Virus record (IMG/VR): IMGVR_UViG_3300021226_000189
From: a virus
Reading direction: 5' to 3' (one strand)
Length of the DNA: 64,000 nt
Within the stretch, counting starts at the first letter, position 1. Each line of letters starts with the position of its first letter. Made by a program: the position numbers and the translations under genes. This document shows, piece after piece, positions 1 to 9,671 of the stretch. Under the pieces are notes generated by a model. The model was not told where the DNA came from, ran no database searches, and worked only from the letters and a program-made list of their open reading frames with translations.

Positions 1-525
1 GAGCAAGATGCTCCTAACTTTGGATTATTTCAGAATCACAGCTCATTCTATTCCAAATCTAAACACGCTTTTGAAAATCTTTCCCAAGACTTGAAGGGAG
101 TTGTTTTGAGAATTAGAATGCCATTCGGTAAAGATTTCTCCAATAGAAATTATTTCACTAAAATTAAACAATATCCAAAATTGTTGAATTTGGTAAATTC
201 TAAGACATACATTCCCGATCTTTGTGTTTTTGTTGAGAAATTATTAGGTGAAGATTTCTATTTCTGGACTGATAGACAGATTTACAATGTGGTCAATCCT
301 GATGCTCTTAAAACTGAGGAGGTTTGTGAAATTCTTAAAAAGTATGGTTTACACAATTCTAATTGGAAATTTGTTGATAGATCAGAACTGAAAACTTACG
401 CTAATAGATCTAATTGTGTGTTGAATACGAGCAAATCAAGTGTCATTCATAATATGATGACGGAAAAACAAGCACTCGTAGATTATTGCGAATTTGTAGT
501 AAACTCTTCCAAAAATTATGAATAA
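1..525 (+). CDS. NRS/ER-like dTDP-4-dehydrorhamnose epimerase/reductase (RmlD-like), 5' part outside window
   Basis: Frame open from base 1; SDR YxxxK (YSKSK) and LRIRMPF..RNYFTKI..NSKT motifs; abuts rmlA. Confidence 0.7.
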   Translation, partial: EQDAPNFGLFQNHSSFYSKSKHAFENLSQDLKGVVLRIRMPFGKDFSNRNYFTKIKQYPKLLNLVNSKTYIPDLCVFVEKLLGEDFYFWTDRQIYNVVNPDALKTEEVCEILKKYGLHNSNWKFVDRSELKTYANRSNCVLNTSKSSVIHNMMTEKQALVDYCEFVVNSSKNYE

Positions 526-1261
526 CAGAAAAGCTATTTGTCTTGCAGGTGGAAAAGGAACTCGTCTCCATCCTTTGACGAAGACGAGTAGTAAACAACT
601 TTTACCGATTTATAAAAAACCAGTCATAGCATTCCCTCTTCAAACTTTGAAGGAAATGGGTTATGTTGACATTTTGATCATTAATGCTGATGAAGAGCAG
701 CAAATCCAATTTAAAAAATTATTAGGGAACGGTGAGAAGTTTGATTTGAATTTTTCATATATAATTCAAGATTCTCCTAGAGGACTTGCTGATGCGTTTA
801 TTGTTGGTGAGGAATTTATTAAGGATGCTGATGATATTTGTCTTATCCTTGGTGACAATATTATCATTGGTAATTCGCCAATCCACCCTCAACCAAACAC
901 TATCTTCACATACAAAGTCAAAGACCCATCTGCTTATGGTGTCGTGAAAACGGATGATAATGGGTGGATCAAACAAATTGTGGAGAAACCAAAAGAATTT
1001 ATTTCTGATGATGCTGTAATTGGTCTTTATATATTTTCCAATGAAGTGGTGGAAATGGCTAAAAAGGTCACTCCATCTGCGAGAGGGGAGCTTGAAATCG
1101 TAGATCTAATTCGCATGATGAATGATAAAGAAGGTGTCAATGTTGAAAAATTGGATGGATTTTGGTTCGATGTGGGTGATTATGATAGTCTATTAGACTG
1201 TGCAAATCTTGTCCGAACTATTGACAAACGATCAAACCATGCTATTGGTTTAGATGTATGA
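518..1261 (+). CDS. rmlA: Glucose-1-phosphate thymidylyltransferase
   Basis: LAGGKGTRLHPLT..SKQLLPIY.KP, Q.SPRGLADAF, PSARGELEI, WFDVG motifs. Confidence 0.93.
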   Translation: MNNRKAICLAGGKGTRLHPLTKTSSKQLLPIYKKPVIAFPLQTLKEMGYVDILIINADEEQQIQFKKLLGNGEKFDLNFSYIIQDSPRGLADAFIVGEEFIKDADDICLILGDNIIIGNSPIHPQPNTIFTYKVKDPSAYGVVKTDDNGWIKQIVEKPKEFISDDAVIGLYIFSNEVVEMAKKVTPSARGELEIVDLIRMMNDKEGVNVEKLDGFWFDVGDYDSLLDCANLVRTIDKRSNHAIGLDV

Positions 1262-2175
1262 GCGACTTATGGGTAGAACGGTATAGACCACAGACTTTAG
1301 ATGATTTGATGGTGGATGATAAAACAAAACAAATCATCCAGAACTTTGGTAAAGATATTCCGAATTTGTTACTAACTGGTGTTGCAGGAAGTGGTAAGAC
1401 GAGCCTTGCAAGAATCATTGCTAAAGATATTTTAGATTGTGATTATCTTTATATCAATGCTTCCGATGAAAACGGTGTAGATACGATTCGGGAGAAAGTT
1501 ATTGGGTTTGCTCAAACTATGAGCTTCGATGGTGGGTTAAAAATTGTAATTCTAGATGAAGCAGATGGTATCTCTAAACAGGCACAGGGAATTCTGCGTA
1601 ATGTCATGGAGTCCTATTCATCTACCACACGGTTTATCCTCACGGGTAATTACAAACACCGTATCATCCCTGCCCTACAATCCCGTTGCCAAAGTCTCAT
1701 TCTCCACACATCTCTAAAAGATGTTACTCGTCGATGTGTCGAAATTCTACGAAAAGAGAATATTGAGATTCCTGATGATCAGAAGAAGAATTTGGTGAAC
1801 TTGATCAAAAATCATTTTCCTGACATCAGGAAATGCATCAATGAGTTGGAGAAGTTCTCCAAGTCTGGCATTCTCGCTATTGAATCAAAAAAGGATACGA
1901 ATGAGACATTAGAATTAATTTATAATAATCTCAAGTCAGGTAAGACATTAGATACAAGAAAGTTTCTTATTGAGAATGAGGAATTATTTGATTCCGATCA
2001 TGAAGCTCTTTTGAAAGATTTGTTGAATTATTTTTATGATTTGCGAATCGATGACACTATAAAAAAACAAGCTATCCTGATTATTGCGGATAGCTTGTTC
2101 AAAATGATGTCTGTTACTGACAGAGAGATATGTTGTATCGCTTGTCTATTACAGTTGGAAGAATTATTGCTTTAA
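1258..2175 (+). CDS. Sliding clamp loader subunit (T4 gp44/RFC-like AAA+)
   Basis: LWVERYRPQTL, Walker A GVAGSGKT, NASDENG, Walker B ILDEAD, LQSRC. Confidence 0.92.
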   Translation: MSDLWVERYRPQTLDDLMVDDKTKQIIQNFGKDIPNLLLTGVAGSGKTSLARIIAKDILDCDYLYINASDENGVDTIREKVIGFAQTMSFDGGLKIVILDEADGISKQAQGILRNVMESYSSTTRFILTGNYKHRIIPALQSRCQSLILHTSLKDVTRRCVEILRKENIEIPDDQKKNLVNLIKNHFPDIRKCINELEKFSKSGILAIESKKDTNETLELIYNNLKSGKTLDTRKFLIENEELFDSDHEALLKDLLNYFYDLRIDDTIKKQAILIIADSLFKMMSVTDREICCIACLLQLEELLL

Positions 2176-2640
2176 ATTTTGCAAAACGTTTAATAAATGT
2201 TTTTTCAAACTCTTCGAAGCACCTGCGATAAGACCCTTTTTATTACCTGGAACTGGAATCCCCAGTTTAGACAAATCGTTGTTGATATCGTTCATAAGCT
2301 CTTCAACTTTTCTTTCGATTGTCTTAGAGTAAGAATCTAATTTGGCATTTGTGCTTTTATTACCACCAGCAGTAACATTTTCTTGACCTTTTGCTTGCAG
2401 TCCTTGTCCTTTTTGTGCTAACCCACCTTGAGAAGCATCGACACCTAGCATCTTACCTCCTAATTCAGCGGTTTTATTCAAAGCACCGCCATAAGCTTGT
2501 TGTGCTTTACCTTTTAATTGTTGTCCTGCCCCTTTTACTGCGCCCAATGCTTGTGCGCCACGAGCTTTGAAACGGTCCAAGAATTTTTCTTCTAAAAGTT
2601 CTTCCAAATTACGTTGATCTTCATTATTATATCTAGCCAT
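2164..2640 (-). CDS. Hypothetical Gly/Ala/Gln/Lys-rich protein, possible head-internal protein
   Basis: 158 aa ORF; TAAATA 5 nt upstream of ATG. Confidence 0.7.
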   Translation of the reverse strand: MARYNNEDQRNLEELLEEKFLDRFKARGAQALGAVKGAGQQLKGKAQQAYGGALNKTAELGGKMLGVDASQGGLAQKGQGLQAKGQENVTAGGNKSTNAKLDSYSKTIERKVEELMNDINNDLSKLGIPVPGNKKGLIAGASKSLKKHLLNVLQNLKQ

Positions 2641-2644
2641 GATA

Positions 2645-2908
2645 TTATTTATCTTTTTTATTCTTTTTTTCCCAACTTACTCTCTTAGAGCTTTTCTTTT
2701 TATACATTCTACCTTTAATACTTTTACAATCTGCCTTTGTAGCTCTACATGCAGGGTAAGAACCTTTTGATGTATCTTTTCTACCACAAGGTCCGCCTGT
2801 CTTACAGTTGATCCAACCTTTGAATTTTTTACCTTTCTTATCTACATGAGGAGCGAACCAATCATGTAAACTTTCCAGTATTTCTCTTTGAGACATCTGT
2901 TCCATCAC
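2645..2908 (-). CDS. Small basic Cys-containing phage protein
   Basis: 87 aa, GGPCGRK..YPACR; GTG start overlaps upstream stop. Confidence 0.65.
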   Translation of the reverse strand: MMEQMSQREILESLHDWFAPHVDKKGKKFKGWINCKTGGPCGRKDTSKGSYPACRATKADCKSIKGRMYKKKSSKRVSWEKKNKKDK

Positions 2909-3267
2909 TTTTTACTATTCCCCCAATTTTTTGCTCCCACTTTTCTACATTTAACTAATGCGCCAGAAGCATATGCACTAGGCCATACTTTATATCTAGA
3001 TTTTACTTTTTTATAACAAGCATCTTGTTCTTCTTCCTCACCGCAATCCTCATTATCTTCGTCTTCTTCTCTATCATCTCCGAAGATTTTTTCACCTATT
3101 TCTTCTTCCCAATCTTCTAATTTATTATTTTTATTTCTATCAGCTTTTTTGGGATCAAATTTTTCTCTTAATGTCTCCTCATAGATCATGGTCAATTCAT
3201 TCATGGACTCCCAATCTCTTGATGTATTTTGTTGATTATTCATATTATTATTTTTATTAGGACGCAT
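2905..3267 (-). CDS. Hypothetical protein, acidic middle and basic DACYKKVKSRYKVWPSAYASGALVKCRK tail
   Basis: 120 aa ORF coupled to neighbours; tail motif resembles small proteins of large myophages (from recall). Confidence 0.7.
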   Translation of the reverse strand: MRPNKNNNMNNQQNTSRDWESMNELTMIYEETLREKFDPKKADRNKNNKLEDWEEEIGEKIFGDDREEDEDNEDCGEEEEQDACYKKVKSRYKVWPSAYASGALVKCRKVGAKNWGNSKK

Positions 3268-4174
3268 AAGCTACGACTTCAAATGACGCATCTTCACCAG
3301 TTCCACCCAAGTTTTCCCAATTGAAACTGATTCTGCTATTTTCAATTTCAGGTTCTTCATTAAAGGGATCTTCACTCTCGTTTTTTCTACGGAATGTCAA
3401 TAGATTTTGACCTTTGAAACCACCATTTTCTGGAGTTCCATAATGAGCTTTAGATATTCTTTCATCAAATACTGAATCTAAGGAATATCCTAAATCATCT
3501 AATACTTCTACTAATTTACTGATAGCTTTACCAACAGTTGGAAATCTACCATTACCATCCAAACCAACTTCAGTCAAAGCTTGTGTAATAGCTTGTCTGT
3601 CACGATCCGTAATTGTATCAGAACCACGCATCATGCTTTCATAAAGCATTCCAAGTTCTTGTGTAGATTCCCAAGATTTTGACTCACCTGCCAATTTGAG
3701 GTTTGTTGGAGTATTTTTTCCATTCCCTTTGTCCGTCACATTAGTAATAAGATTTGGATCAATTTTTAATTTTTTGGGTTTAATGATGACAGTATCCTTT
3801 TTTCTAAATTGATCAGGAATGGGAATACCAGCACTGATGTCTGCGATATCCACCATATCGAGAGTTACAGGAACTCTACCATAGGTTCTACCACCACCAT
3901 GATCAGCAGCAATTGTCAATACAGCAGTAGATGCTGATTTGTATTGGTTTCCAGCAGAAAATCCAGATTGTTTATCACCAACTTGACAGACTTTAATATT
4001 CAACCCACAAGTAGCCAATTCATCAACAGCTTTTTGAAGATCTGTTGGCATATGTTTATAGGTTTCGGTGTTTTTATAACCACTGCGAAATTTTACATAA
4101 TCACCTGGAAGATAACCACCAGCTTCTGTTCTGGAGATAACTGTCTCGAAAATAGCATCAAATTTTTTTCCCAT
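3257..4174 (-). CDS. Hypothetical late protein, possible head-internal protein
   Basis: 305 aa; TAAATA-N5-ATG; MGKKFDAIFE N-terminus. Confidence 0.75.
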   Translation of the reverse strand: MGKKFDAIFETVISRTEAGGYLPGDYVKFRSGYKNTETYKHMPTDLQKAVDELATCGLNIKVCQVGDKQSGFSAGNQYKSASTAVLTIAADHGGGRTYGRVPVTLDMVDIADISAGIPIPDQFRKKDTVIIKPKKLKIDPNLITNVTDKGNGKNTPTNLKLAGESKSWESTQELGMLYESMMRGSDTITDRDRQAITQALTEVGLDGNGRFPTVGKAISKLVEVLDDLGYSLDSVFDERISKAHYGTPENGGFKGQNLLTFRRKNESEDPFNEEPEIENSRISFNWENLGGTGEDASFEVVAYAS

Positions 4175-4207
4175 AATGTTATTTAGTCAAAAATGCTAAA
4201 TAATAAT

Positions 4208-6349
4208 ATGAATTTTGATGATTTATATACATTGGCGTTGGAAGCAGCTAAAAATTTTGGAAGTCCGAAAAATATCGGTGGTGGTAGGTTGAATAGCGTA
4301 AAACTATCTCAAGGTCCTTCTGGTTTCGTTTCTAGTTCTGTCGGTAAAAATGATAACCATCAAGAAAGAGTTCCAATCGATCAAAAAAACAAAAAAGGTT
4401 TTGACCCGAAAAGATCTTATAAACAACAAAAATCACAAATCGAAATTTCCGATGATTCGGGTAACACTCAAGTTAGAAAAAAAACAGAAAACGAATTACA
4501 AAATGTTTTTGCGATTATTGGTGATCAGAAAAAAGCGTTATATAATTCTTTTGCTCTGTTGAATAACAGTGGATATTATAAACAAGAAATTGATAAAATT
4601 TTTGACATTTTTTCAAAAGTCCAATCTATTAAATTTGAGGATGAGAAAAAATTAAAAACCCTTAGATTTAATATCGATCAAAATAATAGTATTGCGACTA
4701 AAATGATTGATAAAATCCGTCAATACGAAACAGTTTATAATAATTATAACGATCCTGAAGAAGTTAAAATTCAAACTGCAAACGATCTAAAAGAAGCTGA
4801 AGCTTTGTATGATGTTAATTTTAAAAATTTGAAAAAAATTAAAGGTGGTTCTGGATTAGTAACAGTTTTGAATAATTTGGAGACATTGAATATGCGTAAG
4901 ACAGTTCTTTTGAAGAACTTCGCTTCTAAAACCGCGCCATATGAAATCGAGAAATTAAATTCTGAAATATTCAATGTTGAAAGAAAAATTAAAGAGATGG
5001 TTATGGAAAATCCGTCATATAGTCAATATGTCGAAAAATTTAAAAAATTGTCAAGGGATATAGAACGTCTCACTATCAAACATTCACACCACGAACTTAA
5101 AGCTTCGGATATCAGTGGTGTCGAGCGTAAATCCAAAGGTATTTTAAATATTTTAAGAGACAGTGAAGAAAAGTTAAAAGCTGTTGAAGCAAAGGCCAAA
5201 GAAGATAGTGAAGAGTATAATAATCTCGTTGATTACGTTTCAAAAATTTCCACACACAATGAAAACATTAATAATACATGTATTGAGAAATTTAAGAAAG
5301 CTGTTGTCACTGGTGCTGAAAATATTTTAAATTTAAAATTTGAAAATTTTAATCCTGAATCTTCGGAGGCTAAACAGATTAATTGGGATTCAGACGTGCC
5401 AACTAAAGGGGATGTTTACAAAATGCTGGTTGCTTTGACAACACCTAATAACCCAATTTTCCGACTTATTGATAAATTAGACATGCCTTTCTTAGATGAA
5501 AAAGAATCGGAAGATGAGACTAGAGGCGCAGTTCGTTATGACATCGGTAGAGCTATGAGCGATAATGAGAATATCACTAATGTCAGAGACATAAACGATT
5601 TACCTTTTTCTAAAATTGTAGTATATTTAAAAAATGTTGCCATCGCAACAATGCCTATTAAAGATGATCCTTTTAATGACGAATCTTTTAGAAAAGCTTA
5701 TCGTCAGTTCGCTGATATTTGCTTGAATGATGAAAATGGTGAAGAAGAATGGAATAATGTTTTAATTAAAGAGCGTTTGAAAAAATTGTTAGGTATCGAG
5801 TTACCTCCAAATTTTCAAACAAAGATTAAAGTTGACATGGGTAACGCATTAAAACCTGCTAGAAAATTTGAATATGAGAAAATAATCAATGGTCGATATG
5901 ATAATAGAGGCGTTGGATCTTTTAAAAAATTGTTATCTATGGTAGATGGAGATTTAAGAGGCGCATATCCTAGAAGGTTTGAAAGTATTAAAAATAAATT
6001 GAGAAAAGGTGAACCAATCAATGAATCCTTCGATCAATTGGCAGCTACATATGCATCTTCTTTCAATTTAGATATCAATGATTTTATGATCGACTTACAA
6101 GAGGTTCATTCTTTACTTGAAAAGAAATGCACGGGTCCGACAAAGAAAGCATCTAGTGATAGAAAAGGTAAAAAATGGACTAAATGCGCGAAACAACCAG
6201 ATGGTTCTTATAAAAGAATTCATTGGGGGCAAGCTGGCGTGAGAGTTGGTAAAGATAATCCGAAACGAAGAAAATCTTTTAGATCTAGACATAAATGTTC
6301 TTCTGCAAAACCAGGTTCACCCAAAGCAGCCGCTTGCAGTGATTGGTAG
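4208..6349 (+). CDS. Large coiled-coil late protein with basic Cys/His C-terminal module
   Basis: ORF track 4193-6349; ATG 4208 lies 5 nt after TAAATA; C-terminal KRRKSFRSRHKC..KAAACSDW. Confidence 0.75.
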   Translation: MNFDDLYTLALEAAKNFGSPKNIGGGRLNSVKLSQGPSGFVSSSVGKNDNHQERVPIDQKNKKGFDPKRSYKQQKSQIEISDDSGNTQVRKKTENELQNVFAIIGDQKKALYNSFALLNNSGYYKQEIDKIFDIFSKVQSIKFEDEKKLKTLRFNIDQNNSIATKMIDKIRQYETVYNNYNDPEEVKIQTANDLKEAEALYDVNFKNLKKIKGGSGLVTVLNNLETLNMRKTVLLKNFASKTAPYEIEKLNSEIFNVERKIKEMVMENPSYSQYVEKFKKLSRDIERLTIKHSHHELKASDISGVERKSKGILNILRDSEEKLKAVEAKAKEDSEEYNNLVDYVSKISTHNENINNTCIEKFKKAVVTGAENILNLKFENFNPESSEAKQINWDSDVPTKGDVYKMLVALTTPNNPIFRLIDKLDMPFLDEKESEDETRGAVRYDIGRAMSDNENITNVRDINDLPFSKIVVYLKNVAIATMPIKDDPFNDESFRKAYRQFADICLNDENGEEEWNNVLIKERLKKLLGIELPPNFQTKIKVDMGNALKPARKFEYEKIINGRYDNRGVGSFKKLLSMVDGDLRGAYPRRFESIKNKLRKGEPINESFDQLAATYASSFNLDINDFMIDLQEVHSLLEKKCTGPTKKASSDRKGKKWTKCAKQPDGSYKRIHWGQAGVRVGKDNPKRRKSFRSRHKCSSAKPGSPKAAACSDW

Positions 6350-6369
6350 TCGCCTGATTAAATAATTAG

Positions 6370-8319
6370 GTGAACACGGATCAAATATTATTAGATTTAC
6401 TTGACCACCTAAGAAAAACAGATGAACAAAAAGGTGTTCAGGGTGAAACATTGTCTGAGAAGAATATAATTCAAAATGACAACGCCGATCCTAATAAAAA
6501 AATCTCTTCAACTCTATCTTCAGTTGAAGAGAGAAGAACTATTTCGATAGCTAAAATCTTAGCTAAAACTTTTTTCGAAGTAAAGAAAAAAAATACCAAA
6601 GACACTGCCTTAAAAACTTCCTTTCAAAGAATAACACCTTCTTCTAAAACACCTTCTTCTAAAATAGAAAAAGTTAAAAATTTTGTTGATGAGAAAAAGG
6701 AACAATCCATATGGTGGTTACTTTTCGGTACTATAGGAACTCTTTTAACTGGATTAATAACCGATGGACCTTTCAAAGGTATTTTGAAAATTTTATCAAA
6801 AATGGGTTTTAAAATTCTTGGTGGTTTTACGAAAATAATTTCAAAAATTTTCGGTAAAATTACAAATTTTGGTAAAATCTTTAAAGGTGGTAAGATAGCT
6901 GATTTTTTTGGTGATATTGTTAAAAATTTTAGCGATGATTTCCTCAAAGGTTTTAAATCTGTTGCTTCAAAACCTTTTAGTAATATTGGAAAAATTTTCA
7001 AAGGTGGTGGTATGCTTGCTAAAATGGGTAAATTTTTGAAACCATTACTTCCCGCATTGAAAAAAGCACCATTGTTGGGTAATATCATTTCCATAGGATT
7101 TGCAATTTCAAGATTCATGCAAGGGGATATAACTGGTGGTGTTATCGACACTTTGAGCGCATTGAGTGGATTATTATACCCTGTTGCTCCACCATTGGCT
7201 TATGGTCTAGGTATTGGTCTTGATGTGTTGAATGCTTTTCTAGATGTGAAACAAGCATCTCCTGAAAATAAAGGAAAGGGTAAAGGACAAATTCTTTGGG
7301 AAATGACAAAATCATTGAGTTCTTACATATGGAAAAAATCTTATAATATTCCAATATTAGGTGGAGTTAGAAGATTTATGGATGCTTATGACATGTTCAA
7401 GTCTGGAAACATAGTAGGTGGTCTTAAAAAGATGGCAACTGGTATGATAGCTTTTACTGGTTTAGCACCTGTAGCAACTGGAATGGAAATGTTGGGAGAT
7501 TTTTTAGTAGGTAAAACACCAGAGGAGAAAGCAAATAGTAAAATAAAAAGCTTATGGGGAATGACTAAATCATTGGGTTCTTACATATGGAAAAAATCTT
7601 ATAATATTCCAATATTAGGTGGAGTTAGAAGATTTATGGATGCTTATGATCTTTTTAAATCTGGAGATATCGTAGGTGGTCTTAAAAAGATGGGAACTGG
7701 TATGATAGCTTTAACTGGTTTAGCACCTGTAGCAACTGGAATGGAAATGTTGGCTGGGATGTTTTCCAATAATGATAAAAAAGAAACTAAAATAAAACCA
7801 AATACTTCTTGGATTAAAAATGTTAAAAAATTTATTAAAGGGAAAATGAGCGAATTACCATACATTTTGAGAAAACCTTTGGAATGGATGGGTATTTTAG
7901 ATGGTAATGGAGCGGAGAATGAAAAAAATCTCAAAATGTTAAGTTCCCCTAAAAATAAATCTGGTGAATTTGCAAATGGAAAAATTCCTGTTAAAAAACA
8001 AGATATTCTTGTTAAAAAACAAGATATTAAAGTTACTAATGATAATCCTAAACCAATTGCTAATATATCAAATAATATTAAAGGTTTGGAAGAAATGACG
8101 GATGTGAATTATGGACAATTAAAAGTTTTAGAAGAATTACGCAATATCAACGCTCAAACTTTGAAAGTGATAGCTGACATTTCTAGACAAAATGGTAAAC
8201 CACAAAATGTCAATATCCCAAATCCTACATCTTCCGATAGAATTTCTAAAGGTGGTAATCCAGTGAAAATGAAAATTAGTAGAGATGATTATGGATATTC
8301 ACCATATGCTTTAGTTTAA
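6370..8319 (+). CDS. Tape-measure/baseplate-hub-like protein with amphipathic Gly/Lys-rich helices
   Basis: 649 aa; GTG 5 nt after TAAATA; hydrophobic segments and internal duplication; precedes baseplate-like genes. Confidence 0.5.
   Translation: MNTDQILLDLLDHLRKTDEQKGVQGETLSEKNIIQNDNADPNKKISSTLSSVEERRTISIAKILAKTFFEVKKKNTKDTALKTSFQRITPSSKTPSSKIEKVKNFVDEKKEQSIWWLLFGTIGTLLTGLITDGPFKGILKILSKMGFKILGGFTKIISKIFGKITNFGKIFKGGKIADFFGDIVKNFSDDFLKGFKSVASKPFSNIGKIFKGGGMLAKMGKFLKPLLPALKKAPLLGNIISIGFAISRFMQGDITGGVIDTLSALSGLLYPVAPPLAYGLGIGLDVLNAFLDVKQASPENKGKGKGQILWEMTKSLSSYIWKKSYNIPILGGVRRFMDAYDMFKSGNIVGGLKKMATGMIAFTGLAPVATGMEMLGDFLVGKTPEEKANSKIKSLWGMTKSLGSYIWKKSYNIPILGGVRRFMDAYDLFKSGDIVGGLKKMGTGMIALTGLAPVATGMEMLAGMFSNNDKKETKIKPNTSWIKNVKKFIKGKMSELPYILRKPLEWMGILDGNGAENEKNLKMLSSPKNKSGEFANGKIPVKKQDILVKKQDIKVTNDNPKPIANISNNIKGLEEMTDVNYGQLKVLEELRNINAQTLKVIADISRQNGKPQNVNIPNPTSSDRISKGGNPVKMKISRDDYGYSPYALV
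7303..7755 (+). repeat. Intragenic direct duplication, period 258 bp (86 codons)
   Basis: MTKSL.SYIWKKSYNIPILGGVRRFMDAYD..MEML at 7303 and 7561, near-identical DNA. Confidence 0.9.
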
Positions 8320-8335
8320 GTTAAATAATTTTATA

Positions 8336-9280
8336 ATGGCGATATACAATATACAAACCGATTACGATTGGACGAGCGTTCCTAGAAAAAGTCCTTATAG
8401 AGATATTGCGCCATATATAAAAATAAAAAGTTATAAGATAACCTCAAGTGCTGCGCTCAATAGAATTGCCAGTTACGCTAATTTATTGAATCAAAATGTG
8501 GAAGAATTTTATGATGAATTGTATTCGAATGCTATGATTGAAGATACATTTTTCATTCCTTATTTCGATGATAATGTTCGTAGCTTCTCGAATGAATTCG
8601 GTGATACCTTCCAACAGTCTATGTTCGGAGGTATTGATTCGACTCTAAACACATTAGCAAATGAAGCGGCGATTTTCGGCGAAATGAGAGTCGGTGATAA
8701 TTCGACAAAAATTGGTAAAGACATCGCAGGAATCGCGAATGCCGTAAAGACAGAAGGTTTTGGAGCAGCGAAGAATATTAACAATATTGGTAAAGGTGTA
8801 TCTACTGCCCCTGGTTCATACATCGAAACACCAAAACTTTATGCTTATGCTCAAAATGACTCAGCAATTGAAGTTGGGTTTCCATTATTCAATACTATCA
8901 ATCAGAATGCTTATATTGAAAATGCTAAATTGATTAAGCATTTGACAATTATTAATAGACCCAGAAGGTTGACACCTGTTACAATGGAACCACCTCGTTT
9001 GTACGAAATTGTTTTACCAGGGGTTCGTTACATGCGATGGGCTTTTTGTAGTTCATTTTCAGTAAGTTTTCTGGGTAGTAGAAGAATGGTTGACAACACG
9101 ATCATTCCAGATGGGTATCAAGTAAAAATGTCATTCACATCACTTGTCACTGAAGTTAATAACTTTTTGGATTCTTCGAAAATTTATTCTGATGGTGAAG
9201 GAATTCCAGATTGGGCTGAAATTGAAGTTCCTTTTGATACTGGTCCAACACAAATCCCAAATAACACTAGAATGGCTTAA
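8336..9280 (+). CDS. Probable baseplate/tail-tube-associated protein (gp48/gp54-like)
   Basis: 314 aa; position upstream of gp53-like gene; family assignment by context only. Confidence 0.4.
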   Translation: MAIYNIQTDYDWTSVPRKSPYRDIAPYIKIKSYKITSSAALNRIASYANLLNQNVEEFYDELYSNAMIEDTFFIPYFDDNVRSFSNEFGDTFQQSMFGGIDSTLNTLANEAAIFGEMRVGDNSTKIGKDIAGIANAVKTEGFGAAKNINNIGKGVSTAPGSYIETPKLYAYAQNDSAIEVGFPLFNTINQNAYIENAKLIKHLTIINRPRRLTPVTMEPPRLYEIVLPGVRYMRWAFCSSFSVSFLGSRRMVDNTIIPDGYQVKMSFTSLVTEVNNFLDSSKIYSDGEGIPDWAEIEVPFDTGPTQIPNNTRMA

Positions 9281-9290
9281 AATATAAATT

Positions 9291-9671
9291 ATGGATGATA
9301 CAGGAACATACCGCAAAGATTTGAAATCAGAAAATTACGATAGAATATTCAAAATGTATTCTGAAAAATTGGATGATAAAGAATTTCAATATTACAATAT
9401 TTTGAGAAAAATAGATATCTCAAATATAGATTCTGAATATTTGGATTTTTATAACGTAAAATCGAAAATACCGATGACAACTTTATCGTTTAATATCTAT
9501 GGTGATATTAAATTATGGTGGATTTTATATTTGGTCAATAAAGAAATTTTCAATGGACCACCGTTATGGGTTGAGGGTGGAAACACTATTAAATACATCA
9601 AAAAGTCTTACTTGAATTTATTGTATCAAGATATAAATAAAAATACTGTTCTTGGAGGAAGACACTATTAA
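9291..9671 (+). CDS. Baseplate wedge protein, T4 gp53-like (LysM-like)
   Basis: TTLSFNIYGDIKLWWILYLVN resembles gp53 core. Confidence 0.65.
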   Translation: MDDTGTYRKDLKSENYDRIFKMYSEKLDDKEFQYYNILRKIDISNIDSEYLDFYNVKSKIPMTTLSFNIYGDIKLWWILYLVNKEIFNGPPLWVEGGNTIKYIKKSYLNLLYQDINKNTVLGGRHY

